DNA from: an uncultured Bacteroidales bacterium
Lineage (GTDB): Bacteria > Bacteroidota > Bacteroidia > Bacteroidales > WCHB1-69
Reading direction: 5' to 3'
Assembly (NCBI GenBank): GCA_947165685.1
Contig: CAMVBK010000004.1
Location: 35,749-99,748, forward strand
DNA: 64,000 nt
Every line of letters begins with the position of its first letter. The stretch's first letter is position 1. The position numbers were made by a program, and so were the translations under genes. The notes beneath the pieces are model-generated. The model made no database searches. It was not told the origin of the DNA and saw nothing but the letters and a program-made list of their open reading frames with translations. Positions 1 through 10,118 of the stretch are shown one piece after another.

Positions 1-2375
1 GTTGTCCTGTGTTGTTCTCGCCAGAAGCTTCTTCTGTATTGATTCATAATATTATAGGACATGATTTTGAAAATCCTGGAAACGGGATTTTTCAAAATCG
101 GATAGGGCAAAAAGTTATGCCAGAAGCCTTTTCAATAGAGAGCCGACCTAACGATTCTAATCTCGGTGGATATTATCTGTTTGATGATGAAGGAGTTAAG
201 GGTGATAACATTCCGCTTGTCCGAAAAGGAGAGTTGAGCGAATTTCTATCTGGGCGTACGCAACGGCCCTTGGCCTATACTTCCAACGGTCATGCCCGGG
301 GAAATCGCCGCTTACCAGTTCCCCGCCAAGCCAATCTTGTGATGGAAACAGATAAACCGTTGAACAACAGTCAATTGTTTGAAAAGCTTGGGATGGAAGC
401 CCAAAACCAATCTTTGGAATATGCCTTATATGTTAAGGAAGTGGATGTAAGGTGTGATACAAATGGTGTGGTAAGTGTTTATCCTACAGTTTGTTATAAG
501 GTGTATTCAGATGGGCGAAAAGCAAAAGAAGAGGTTCGGGATTTGCGGTTGAGCGAAAGCAAACACCAGTGGGTCAGAAATTTAATCGCTGCAGGGGACA
601 AAACAGGTAGTGCGGCTATCGTGTGCCATAGTGAGGATGACGACCTGCTGACAGGCGCTTCTGCTCCGGCATTGCTTTTCCGCAATATCAATGTGCAACC
701 TGTGTCAAAATCCACGAAACTCAGGATAGTGAAAGTAATGGATGGTGAAGGGTCCGTCACACCCATGAATTTGTCGGAACTGCTGCAGAAGTCGGCGCAA
801 TATGAATGGGACGTGGATGTCACGCGACTTAAAATTGCTGAAGAGGCGACTCCTTACTATGAAGAGTTTTTGATGACAGACACTCGGACTTTCACCGTTG
901 AAGCCTCAGAAGGAAGTCTGTTTTATGCCAATGAAAAGCCTGTTCGACGATTAGTTCCGCGTCTGTTGTTGGGAAGTAACCTTTTCAACAACGAACATCT
1001 TACGGATGCGGTGGAGCCGCCAGTCAGTTATCCTTTGCCTTTTGACGATAGGCTCACGTTTGCCAAGGACTTCCGCGTTGCCGCTGATCAGGAATATCAG
1101 AAAGCCTTGGTTCAGTGGAAGACCAAGCAGGCTTTGCTGCCGTCGGCGGAATCACGGAAACAATATCTGCCCGACCGTTCCGAAATCCCTTCTACGCAGA
1201 CGTATGATGAAAAATCCTTCGATTACCCGTCCTTGAACAATCTGGAACATCTTGCCTGTGAATTATCTGAGAAGTTGGCCAAACACGATTTCCTGAGTCG
1301 CTCCAGTGTCCATATATATGTATGGATGGGGAATGTATGTTTCTGGAATAGCGAGAAAACCTTTTATGCGCGCCCTGTCTCGGTCATTGGTGTCCAGTTT
1401 TGCGGAACAGTGGATCGGGGTGGCAGGGAGCATTCCTACCGCAAAACTATTTTCCTGCCAAGTTTGGATTCTCTTTTCTCCATTCGTTATCTTGAGACGG
1501 AAGCCAGTCAGTGGGTAACCGCTTTGCAGACGCTGAAAAATGAAGGAAAGGAGATGGCGGAATACTACTCAGGGCCTTTGTTGGTGGAAGGGGATGCGGT
1601 AGGTCAAATGTTACGTTCGGCTTTGTTGGAACGTAATCCTAATTTGTTGGCCCATAGAGAGCCTGTCTGTTTTGGTAAAGTTAGAACACCTGACTTTGAG
1701 GATTTGTTGAATCAGATGGTCACTTCAAAGAAAATCACCATTACAGCGAACAGAGTCGGGGACAGTTTCGACAAATCAGCCTTCTGTCGGCACGACAAAA
1801 TCGATGCGGAAGGGGTGGAAACCCAAGAAACCGAAATTGTCCGGAATGGTGAGCTGATTTCGTTGCTTGGGAATAGAAATGTCACAAAATCAATGGCTTA
1901 TAGCAATGGATTTCAACAATTGGCTTTCCATCAAGAGGCCTGTTTTGCCACACGTGGCGTTTCGAGATTGGATTTTGAACATACTGCGAACGTTCCGCAT
2001 GCAAAACTAAAGCAGTTACTCATCAAGGAAACGAAAAAACAGGGACTGTCCCATGCCTATATCCTTCGTCAGATGGCGGATTGGTCGGATGCAGGTGACC
2101 AATCCGGATGCGTGTCAACAGTTGGTCTGTGGCAGCTTTATCGGGTAGATGTGCGGACTGGGCGCGAAACACCTGTCATCGGGGCAACTTCAGTGCCGTT
2201 CCATTTTTCCATGTTGGAAGACATTCTTTGCGTTTCAGACATGGATGTGGCGTTCCCTCTCATGACCGCAGTTGCGGGGGCGGCAGGCACTCGCGATTTC
2301 CCCTTTGCAGGCGTACCCACGTGCATCGTGGCACCCAAGGGACTGTTGCTGAAGCGATCGAATATCGGTTTTTAG
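1..2375 (+). CDS. TldD/PmbA-family-like protein, 5'-truncated by the window edge; two TldD/PmbA-like modules in one ORF
   Basis: Frame is open from base 3 (CPVLFSPEAS). Module 1 has LIHNIIGH, FDDEGV, SNGHARG and APALLF. Module 2 has YSGPLLVEG, IDAEGV, SNGF and IVAPKGLL. Confidence 0.65.
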   Translation, partial: CPVLFSPEASSVLIHNIIGHDFENPGNGIFQNRIGQKVMPEAFSIESRPNDSNLGGYYLFDDEGVKGDNIPLVRKGELSEFLSGRTQRPLAYTSNGHARGNRRLPVPRQANLVMETDKPLNNSQLFEKLGMEAQNQSLEYALYVKEVDVRCDTNGVVSVYPTVCYKVYSDGRKAKEEVRDLRLSESKHQWVRNLIAAGDKTGSAAIVCHSEDDDLLTGASAPALLFRNINVQPVSKSTKLRIVKVMDGEGSVTPMNLSELLQKSAQYEWDVDVTRLKIAEEATPYYEEFLMTDTRTFTVEASEGSLFYANEKPVRRLVPRLLLGSNLFNNEHLTDAVEPPVSYPLPFDDRLTFAKDFRVAADQEYQKALVQWKTKQALLPSAESRKQYLPDRSEIPSTQTYDEKSFDYPSLNNLEHLACELSEKLAKHDFLSRSSVHIYVWMGNVCFWNSEKTFYARPVSVIGVQFCGTVDRGGREHSYRKTIFLPSLDSLFSIRYLETEASQWVTALQTLKNEGKEMAEYYSGPLLVEGDAVGQMLRSALLERNPNLLAHREPVCFGKVRTPDFEDLLNQMVTSKKITITANRVGDSFDKSAFCRHDKIDAEGVETQETEIVRNGELISLLGNRNVTKSMAYSNGFQQLAFHQEACFATRGVSRLDFEHTANVPHAKLKQLLIKETKKQGLSHAYILRQMADWSDAGDQSGCVSTVGLWQLYRVDVRTGRETPVIGATSVPFHFSMLEDILCVSDMDVAFPLMTAVAGAAGTRDFPFAGVPTCIVAPKGLLLKRSNIGF

Positions 2376-2383
2376 CGTTCTTT

Positions 2384-3403
2384 TTACCTTTGCCGTTCGA
2401 TAGCGGTTTGATGGAGAAGTTCCAGAAATCGTTCTATAAATTTCTGATATTCAGTATCTTCATAATGCTTGGCATAGCGCTTTACGACTTGCTGCCATTG
2501 TTGAGGCTGCACAACGGCAATATGATTCTTCCGTTTGATGTCCGCGATTTCATCCACTAAGGACATACGTTGATAAAGCAACTCACTGATTTGGTTGTCA
2601 ATGTTTTCCAGCATGGCCCGTTGTTTCACGAGAATAAAGTCGGGGGCATCGGTGCGCAGGTCGAGCCGTGCAATCATCTGTGCCCACTCCGCAGGGGTCA
2701 ACTGCTGTTCGGCATCTGACAGGGCTTGCGCTGGGGAGCAGTGGCATTCGGTCATTAGGCCGTCGAATCCATAGTTCATCGCCAGTTGTGACACTTCTGG
2801 AATCCAGCGGGTCTGTCCACAAAGATGGGACGGGTCGCAGAGGATGGGGAGTTCGGGCATTCGGACTTTGAGTTCGACGGGAATCTGCCACAGCGGCGCG
2901 TTGCGATAGACATTCTCCTGCACATCGGGGAAGCCGCGATGCACAGCCATCACCCGCTTCACATCCGCCTTCAGGAACCGTTCAATATTCCCCAACCAAA
3001 GCTTTAGGTCTGGAATCATGGGATTCTTCACCATGACGGTGAAGTCAGAATGGCACATTGAATCGGCAATTTGCTGAACCTCAGTGGGGTTCACGGTTGT
3101 ACGAGCCCCTACCCATACCACACGGATGCCATGCTTGGCACATAGCTCCACCTGTCGGGCGTTCATAACTTCCACACAAACAGGAATATGGAGAGTATTC
3201 TGCACCTCTTCTAACCAAGGCAAGGCCTCCTCACCCGCGCCGGCAAAGCTGTCGGGCGCACTGCGCACTTTCCAGGCTCCGGCGCGGAAATAATGCAGCC
3301 TCAAATTGGCAGAACGCGCCTGCTCAACGAGTTGAGTTGCCGTTGTCAACACTTGCTCGCGTGTCTCTGCTGCGCAAGGACCTGCTATCCAGATTTTTCC
3401 CAT
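2384..3403 (-). CDS. Bifunctional DAHP synthase (class I-beta) / chorismate mutase
   Basis: IAGPCAAE, RAGAWK, WVGART and ILCDPSH motifs, plus a C-terminal AroQ-type segment (RAMLENIDNQISELLYQRM). The start abuts the upstream stop (TAGTGATG). Confidence 0.9.
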   Translation of the reverse strand: MGKIWIAGPCAAETREQVLTTATQLVEQARSANLRLHYFRAGAWKVRSAPDSFAGAGEEALPWLEEVQNTLHIPVCVEVMNARQVELCAKHGIRVVWVGARTTVNPTEVQQIADSMCHSDFTVMVKNPMIPDLKLWLGNIERFLKADVKRVMAVHRGFPDVQENVYRNAPLWQIPVELKVRMPELPILCDPSHLCGQTRWIPEVSQLAMNYGFDGLMTECHCSPAQALSDAEQQLTPAEWAQMIARLDLRTDAPDFILVKQRAMLENIDNQISELLYQRMSLVDEIADIKRKNHIAVVQPQQWQQVVKRYAKHYEDTEYQKFIERFLELLHQTAIERQR

Positions 3404-3405
3404 CA

Positions 3406-6400
3406 CTATTCCTCCGTCTCTGGTTCTTCCTCAATATCTGTGAAATACTTCTTCACGAACTTGTTCTTCAAACTTCTGTTACCAAGTTTGTAAGTGAACG
3501 ACGGCAGTCCCTTCGCCTGGTCGGGTGCCTGGAAGCGGTTTTTGGGCTTCACGCTCGTGATGGCTTCGTTGAAGGCTTTGTCGGAGGAGAATGCCGACAC
3601 GGCGTTGTTGTCGAACTGGAAGTAGTAGAACTGGTTGTCGAATTCGAAGTAGAGGTACAGGCGGTTGCGGGATCCGCGCTTCTCAATGACGATGCGGCCG
3701 GGCACCATCTTATAGACCTGCTTGGCACCGCACACGATCACCGGCAACTTGGTCTGCGACTTGAAGGTGGACTGCTCTTTGTCCCATTCGAAGTCGATGT
3801 TCGAGAAGAGGAACTTCACCTGCAGGGCTTCCGGCAGACGGCGGTTCTGCCCTAAGGCCACGTTTCGCTGGTAACGGTCGTATTCCGCCTTGCCCAGAAT
3901 GTTGTACAGGGCCACGTCGAACGCCTCATCGCCCGACACATCGACGAAATCCAGCGAGGCATTTTCCAACGCCTTGTTCATCAGGTCCATGGACTTTTCG
4001 TTGAAGTAGAAATCGATGGAGGTGGTGAGGTGCATTTCGGCGGAGTCCGCCAGCATGTAGTTGACGATGGTACCGCTGGTGACGAAGTTCACGCGGCCGA
4101 GTTTCGCGCCCATGTCGATGGTGCCGCTGCCGTGCGCCTCGCAATTGTCGGTGTTCAGTGTGATGATGTTGCCAGGCACCGTCGGATCCATCAGCTTCTC
4201 CTTGGAGGCGGCCTTGAATTCACGGGTCTCCTTGTCGTAGGTGATGTAACCGAACACGTTGATGTACTCGGCATCGTTGAATTCATCCTTGGCCACGCCA
4301 AAGGCCGTGTAGATGCGACCGGTCTTGTTGCTGGAGGCAATCGCCACCACCACTTTGCGCTCGTCCATGTCTTTGGTGCGGTCGTGCACCTGTAGCATGA
4401 TGTTGTTGGGATCCACCTGTTGCAGAATCTTCATGCGGGCGTGTTTGATGGAGTCGCAGCCATGGATAATCTCCACGCCGCCGAAATAGGAGAGGAACGG
4501 ATTGGTGCTGTGCAGCTCGGCGCGGCCGTCGAAAGCGAACTGGTCGCTGAAATGGAAATCTTTCTCTATCGGAATCTTCGCCTCGCCGAAAGTCTCCTTC
4601 ATGAAATAGATGGTGTCGAAATAGAGGGTCTGCACTCGCTCCTCGGCATCGACATAGTCGTAATAGCCGTTGGCATAGAATTTTGTAGCGCTCTGTACGC
4701 GCGTCGTGCAGTTGTAGAGCTCATGGTATTTGTTCTCGCGCCCGGCGATGATGCGCGACTTCTGCAGCACGTCCATGACCGCCTTCTTCCGGATAGTGAC
4801 ATCGCCGTGCAAAGGCGTGATGGCCGCGTCACCCACGTTGATGTAGCGCACGCCGTGGGCGAAGATGATGTTCTTGGCAAAGTCGAACTCGGCATTCACC
4901 GCCGTGAATCGGTAATTGGCTTCGGGTAAAACTGCATAAAGTTCATTCCCAGTACTTTGCATGTCAACAAGTTCCTTGATTGGTGTGTTGTCGATATCGG
5001 TGTTCTTGTACGGGTCGTCCCACTTGAACCGTAGCATGGTGGAGTCAATCGGATCCCATTCGAATTCCGATGACCTGGCTTTCACTTCGTTCTGTACAAA
5101 ATAGACCTCGGAAGCCTCGCCATTGGCTAAGAAGTGCCCTTTCCGCGTCTTGAAATCGATGTGGGAGTTGTAGTTGTCGGTGGAGAAGGCGACATCCTTG
5201 CCGCCGCTAATGTCGTAGATCCGCAGGTCGGCGGTGTCGGCCAACAGCTCATGGTGTTTGAACTGGAACCAGCGCGACGAGATGTCGGCCCGGTTGAACT
5301 TGACGAGGCCCGTGCCGAACATTCCGCCCGGGGTAATCACGGAGTTGCCCGTCAACTTGGTCTCGCGGAAAATGTCCATCGGCTTCTGCATCGTATGGAT
5401 GAACATTTGGTCTTGATAGGGTTCCCAGTGCAGGTAAGCATCTTCCACCCCCGCTGGCGGAAATTCAGAACCTGCCATCTGTTCATCCACCGTATGCGTG
5501 TTGGCGGCTCCGTTGGTGGAATCGATGTAGAAGACCAGGCTGTCGGAGAAGGTGTGCGAAGTGATGTAGTCAATATTTCCTTTTCCTCGCAATCCTCTGT
5601 TGCTCAAGCTAATACGTCCTTGATAGCCACCTTTGGTACCATACATGGGCAAGCCTGAAGTGTTATGCACAAAACCCAACGAGAAGTCTTTCTGAACTTT
5701 CAGCGGCTCGGCGATGTCGGGGAAAATGCCACCGGAGACCAATGCGCCGCTGAACTTCATGGAGTCAATCACGAAATTGTCCAAATTGACGATACGGAAC
5801 TGGTTCACAGCGTAATAGAACTTGTTGCGGTCATACACGCCGCCCAACACGTAGGGTTGGTCATAAAACACTTTGCCGCCCTTGCGTGCCTCGAAGATGG
5901 GATAGTCGGGATAGTCGGTGAGGCCGCACTTGTTGCCTGGCATGTCGATGTAAAGCACCCCGGAGAGCTCTTCGATCTGGCTGCGGACACGTTGCAGTTT
6001 ATAGTCGCCGTACATGTCCATCGGGCCGTTCTTGTCCTCCACATACATGATGAGTGTGTCGATGATGTCCATATCGACGAGAAAGCGGTCGTATTCGAAT
6101 TTGCAGTTGTGGGTCACGAAATCGAACAGACCGCCGATGACCCGGCCGGAGAAGACCATGTCGCGGTTTTTCTTCACTGTGACCAGCTCGTTCATGGGAT
6201 AGACGTTGACGATTTGTGGGTCGCTCAGCACGAAGAACTCGCAACCGGTGATTTTCAGGTCGTTGGTCAGCAGGTCCAAGGAGGCGTAGTGCGTTTTGGA
6301 TTCCAGCTTGATATAGTCGTAGTCTTTCTTTTTTACCTGGTTGTTCAGGTATTGCGAGATCTTGCTGCGGTAGCGGATATGGTTGTTGTTGACATCGTAT

Positions 6401-7878
6401 TCGATGAAGCCGCGGGCGGCGAAGTCGATCATCATCGCCTTGATGTCCAACGGGGGTTTGTTGAACCAGCGGATAACGTCTTCGATGGTGAGGTCTTCAT
6501 AGCCGGCGCTGTTGAACAGTTGCCAAAGCGTGTAGAGCGGGTTTTGCGTGTTGTATCCGGCAATTTCGTGCATCACGCCTTCCTCGTAATAGTTTTGCGA
6601 TTCGAAAGTGGCCTTTTGGTCGCTGGTGTTTCCCACAATCGGCTTCAGCTCAATGCGTTTCTCGGTGGTGACCCATTGCAGCGACTCCACATACATGTCC
6701 AGCTTGTGGTAGGAGTTGAAGAACGGGGAACGGCCCACGCCCTGTTTTGGACGAGAGATGAGCAGGCTCTTTTTCTCGTTGTCGTATTTGAAATTGGCGG
6801 CAGGGTGATAGATGGAGTCATTTTCGATATAGACGGCCACTTTCGCATCTTCAGAGAGCAGGTTGTTCGGCCGGATGAGGAAGCTGAGCGACTGGGCGGT
6901 GATGATGACTTGCCCTTCATTGTAGATGGTCACTTTGGCGAGAGTGTCGCCTTGACCGGTACCGTAAATGGAGGCTCCGCGCATCTCGAAGCCGCCCACA
7001 TAGTCCACGTCTTTGTAGAGATTCTTCACAGGCAAAGTGGCTTCGTTGCTGATGAAGCGCGGGTAGGTGGCCTTCTCTTCGGAAGTCGGCAGCACGGCCT
7101 TCTCCTCCACGCGACCGAGGACGGGTTGCGCGAACAGCCGCGGATAATAGAAAAGGGCGTTGTCGGCCACCACGCGCGGGAATCGCAAGTCGATGTCGTA
7201 GGTCTTCAGCACAGCCTTCACGTTGGACTCCAATCCCGCGCGGTCCCAAGTGACGGTGCCTCCGTTGGCGTTGAACATGAGCTTGTCGGGGTAGTAGCGC
7301 CCGTTGACGCCGCTCACGATCAAGCTGTCCTTGGCGGAATACCCCCACAGGTCGATATCCTTGAAGTCGAAATAGGGTTCCTTGTCGAAACCAAGGTGGT
7401 CGGCGAAGCCCATGGCCACCCATTTCACATTGTCGCCCTGGTTCAGGATGTTGTCCTGGAAAAAGGCTTCGTAGAGCTTCATCTTGCCCTCGAAGAAGGT
7501 GGAACTGTGGTTGATGTGGTAATCCAGGATCTTTTGCCACGTATCGCTTTCACCGGAATATTGGCTTTGCAGAAAGATGCGGTACGTGTGGATAAGGTTC
7601 TGGAAATGCGGGATAGGGCGGTGTTTTTTCTTCACCATCTTGTTGGCCTCCTCGATAAATACAGCTTGGTTGCCGGCATCCATCTGAGTGGTCCACATGA
7701 GCTCGAATTCTTCCAGAATCTCTTTGGCCTCCTTTTGCCGGTCTTTCGGGACAGAGGCGTAAAACTCCTTCATCTCCTCCACCGTTTTCGCGGGGTCTTT
7801 GGAGAAAGATGTAAAACGCTGAGCCTGAGCTAAAAACATTAGGCACAGCAACATATTGACAAAAAGTATCTTCTTCAT
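3406..7878 (-). CDS. Large (~1490 aa) exported hypothetical protein, rich in beta-strand patterning
   Basis: Long ORF with host-like codon use. Signal peptide MKKILFVNMLLCLMFLAQA-Q from ATG 7878. TATCTTTG box at 7901-7908 on the minus strand. Confidence 0.85.
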   Translation of the reverse strand: MKKILFVNMLLCLMFLAQAQRFTSFSKDPAKTVEEMKEFYASVPKDRQKEAKEILEEFELMWTTQMDAGNQAVFIEEANKMVKKKHRPIPHFQNLIHTYRIFLQSQYSGESDTWQKILDYHINHSSTFFEGKMKLYEAFFQDNILNQGDNVKWVAMGFADHLGFDKEPYFDFKDIDLWGYSAKDSLIVSGVNGRYYPDKLMFNANGGTVTWDRAGLESNVKAVLKTYDIDLRFPRVVADNALFYYPRLFAQPVLGRVEEKAVLPTSEEKATYPRFISNEATLPVKNLYKDVDYVGGFEMRGASIYGTGQGDTLAKVTIYNEGQVIITAQSLSFLIRPNNLLSEDAKVAVYIENDSIYHPAANFKYDNEKKSLLISRPKQGVGRSPFFNSYHKLDMYVESLQWVTTEKRIELKPIVGNTSDQKATFESQNYYEEGVMHEIAGYNTQNPLYTLWQLFNSAGYEDLTIEDVIRWFNKPPLDIKAMMIDFAARGFIEYDVNNNHIRYRSKISQYLNNQVKKKDYDYIKLESKTHYASLDLLTNDLKITGCEFFVLSDPQIVNVYPMNELVTVKKNRDMVFSGRVIGGLFDFVTHNCKFEYDRFLVDMDIIDTLIMYVEDKNGPMDMYGDYKLQRVRSQIEELSGVLYIDMPGNKCGLTDYPDYPIFEARKGGKVFYDQPYVLGGVYDRNKFYYAVNQFRIVNLDNFVIDSMKFSGALVSGGIFPDIAEPLKVQKDFSLGFVHNTSGLPMYGTKGGYQGRISLSNRGLRGKGNIDYITSHTFSDSLVFYIDSTNGAANTHTVDEQMAGSEFPPAGVEDAYLHWEPYQDQMFIHTMQKPMDIFRETKLTGNSVITPGGMFGTGLVKFNRADISSRWFQFKHHELLADTADLRIYDISGGKDVAFSTDNYNSHIDFKTRKGHFLANGEASEVYFVQNEVKARSSEFEWDPIDSTMLRFKWDDPYKNTDIDNTPIKELVDMQSTGNELYAVLPEANYRFTAVNAEFDFAKNIIFAHGVRYINVGDAAITPLHGDVTIRKKAVMDVLQKSRIIAGRENKYHELYNCTTRVQSATKFYANGYYDYVDAEERVQTLYFDTIYFMKETFGEAKIPIEKDFHFSDQFAFDGRAELHSTNPFLSYFGGVEIIHGCDSIKHARMKILQQVDPNNIMLQVHDRTKDMDERKVVVAIASSNKTGRIYTAFGVAKDEFNDAEYINVFGYITYDKETREFKAASKEKLMDPTVPGNIITLNTDNCEAHGSGTIDMGAKLGRVNFVTSGTIVNYMLADSAEMHLTTSIDFYFNEKSMDLMNKALENASLDFVDVSGDEAFDVALYNILGKAEYDRYQRNVALGQNRRLPEALQVKFLFSNIDFEWDKEQSTFKSQTKLPVIVCGAKQVYKMVPGRIVIEKRGSRNRLYLYFEFDNQFYYFQFDNNAVSAFSSDKAFNEAITSVKPKNRFQAPDQAKGLPSFTYKLGNRSLKNKFVKKYFTDIEEEPETEE

Positions 7879-7930
7879 CGTCACACAGAATAATGGTGCG
7901 CAAAGATACAAAAAATGTAGGCTTGAAGCA

Positions 7931-10051
7931 TTAGCTGATTACGCTCCAGTTCGTGTCGCGCTGTATCAGCTTTTCCAACGTTTCGGCTAAACGTTTATGC
8001 TCGGGCAAGGCCAGCTCTGGATCCTTTTCGAGGATTTGCTGGGCGTAATTGCGGGTGTAGGCCACCAGCTTTTCGTCTTTGGTGAGGTCGGCGATTTTGA
8101 AGTCGAGCATGCCGCTTTGGCGTGTGCCTTGCAGGTCGCCGGGACCGCGCAGTTGCAAGTCAAAGTTAGCGATCTCGAAGCCGTCGTTGGTCTCCACCAT
8201 TGCGTTCAGACGCTTGCGGCCCTCCGTGGAGAGCTCGTATTTGGACATGAGGATGCAGTACGACTGGTTGCCGCCTCTGCCTACGCGCCCCCGCAATTGA
8301 TGCAGTTGCGACAATCCGAACCGCTCGGCGTTTTCGATCACCATCACGGTGGCGTTCGGCACGTCGATACCCACCTCAATTACCGTGGTGGAGAGCAGAA
8401 TCTGGATCTCGTTCTTCTTGAAATGGGTCATGATGTAGTCCTTTTCCTCAGCTTTCATCTTGCCGTGCACCACCCCGATGCTGTAGGTCGGAGGTGGGAA
8501 GCTTCGCTCGATGGCCTCATAGCCCGCCTGCAAGTCCAGCAGGTCTAAGGCTTCCGATTCTTGGATCAATGGATAGACTACATATACTTGGCGGCCTGCT
8601 GCGATTTGCTGTTTCATGAAACCGAACAGTTTTAGACGGTCTTTTTCGTAAAAATGCTGGGTGACAATGGGTTTTCGTCCGGCCGGAAGCTCGTCAATCA
8701 CAGAGACGTCGAGGTCACCGTAGAGGGTCATGGCGAGGGTGCGCGGGATAGGGGTGGCGGTCATCACCAGGATGTGCGGCGGGATGCTGCCGCTCTTGCG
8801 CCACAACTTTGCGCGCTGCTCCACACCAAAACGATGTTGCTCGTCGATTACCACGATGCCCAAATTGCGGAACACCACGTTGTCTTCGATGAGCGCGTGT
8901 GTGCCGATGAGGATGTGCACCTGACCGTTCTGAAGATCGGTAAGCAGCTGTTTCCGCTTGGCTGTCTTAGTGGAACCAGACAGGAATTCGACCTGTAACC
9001 CCAAGGGCTCCAACTGTTTGCTTATTTTTTCGTAATGTTGGGAGGCTAAGATTTCTGTTGGGGCCATCAGACAGGCTTGGTAGCCGTTGTCGATGGCTAA
9101 CAGCATGCTGAACAGCGCGATGATGGTTTTTCCGCTGCCTACGTCGCCCTGCAGCAGACGGTTCATCTGGTGGCCGCTGCCCACGTCGCCGCGAATTTCC
9201 CGTAGTACCCGCTTCTGGGCATTGGTCAAGTCGAACGGCAGGCATTCCTTATAGAAAGTGTTGAAATAATGCCCCACCTGTTTGAACGGGTATCCTTGGA
9301 ATCGGTTGGTGTTTATCAGCTTGAGTTTGAGGAGCTTGAGTTGCGTGAAGAAGAGCTCGTCGAATTTCAGGCGCAGGGTGGCTTGGGAAAGCTTCTGGTT
9401 GTCTTCGGGATAGTGGATGTTGACGAGGGCGTCGCGAAGTGACATCAGATGCAGCTCTTTCACCATTTCGTGAGGCATCGTTTCGGGAATGATGTCCTTG
9501 ACTTGGGCCAGCAGATTGGCGGTCAGCTTGGCCACTGCCTTGGAGTCCAACGATTTCTTCTTGGCGGTTTCGGAGGTGTTGTAAAGGGGCTGAAACCGCA
9601 GTGAAACGGGGGAGTTTTGCTGTTGGACAGGGTCGATGAGCTCTGGGTGGGTGATATTCCATCGTCCGTTGAAAAGCGTCGGTTTGCCGAAAATGACGAA
9701 CTCCGTGCGCGACTTCAGCACGTCTTGCACCCAGCGGATGCCGTTGAACCACACTAAGTCGATGGAGCCGGTCTCGTCTGTGAAGACTGCCGTCAGCCGC
9801 TGTCCGCGCATCTGTCCCACAATGCGGGCATTGCGGATGGCACCGCGCAGCAGAATGTACCCGCCGTCATTGACGATGTCGCTGACGTGATAGACGTGTG
9901 ACTTGTCGATGTGCCGGTAAGGGAAGTAATAAAGTAAGTCGTTGAAATTTTGGATGCCGAATTCCTTTCGGAGCACAGCGCCGCGTTTTTCGCCCACCCC
10001 TTTCAGAAATTCGATGGGGGTCTGCAGTAGGTCGGTAGTTGCGTTGTTCAT
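7931..10051 (-). CDS. recG: ATP-dependent DNA helicase RecG
   Basis: LKGVG wedge start, RLLQGDVGSGKT, DEQHRFG, MTATPIPRTL, QLHQLRGRVGRG and DLQLRGPGD motifs. Confidence 0.97.
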   Translation of the reverse strand: MNNATTDLLQTPIEFLKGVGEKRGAVLRKEFGIQNFNDLLYYFPYRHIDKSHVYHVSDIVNDGGYILLRGAIRNARIVGQMRGQRLTAVFTDETGSIDLVWFNGIRWVQDVLKSRTEFVIFGKPTLFNGRWNITHPELIDPVQQQNSPVSLRFQPLYNTSETAKKKSLDSKAVAKLTANLLAQVKDIIPETMPHEMVKELHLMSLRDALVNIHYPEDNQKLSQATLRLKFDELFFTQLKLLKLKLINTNRFQGYPFKQVGHYFNTFYKECLPFDLTNAQKRVLREIRGDVGSGHQMNRLLQGDVGSGKTIIALFSMLLAIDNGYQACLMAPTEILASQHYEKISKQLEPLGLQVEFLSGSTKTAKRKQLLTDLQNGQVHILIGTHALIEDNVVFRNLGIVVIDEQHRFGVEQRAKLWRKSGSIPPHILVMTATPIPRTLAMTLYGDLDVSVIDELPAGRKPIVTQHFYEKDRLKLFGFMKQQIAAGRQVYVVYPLIQESEALDLLDLQAGYEAIERSFPPPTYSIGVVHGKMKAEEKDYIMTHFKKNEIQILLSTTVIEVGIDVPNATVMVIENAERFGLSQLHQLRGRVGRGGNQSYCILMSKYELSTEGRKRLNAMVETNDGFEIANFDLQLRGPGDLQGTRQSGMLDFKIADLTKDEKLVAYTRNYAQQILEKDPELALPEHKRLAETLEKLIQRDTNWSVIS

Positions 10052-10118
10052 TTTTTGTTTTGCGGTTTGAGGTGAAAAAATCGTTCTTGAGCTCTTCTCA
10101 GGGGCGAGAGCTTGGAGG

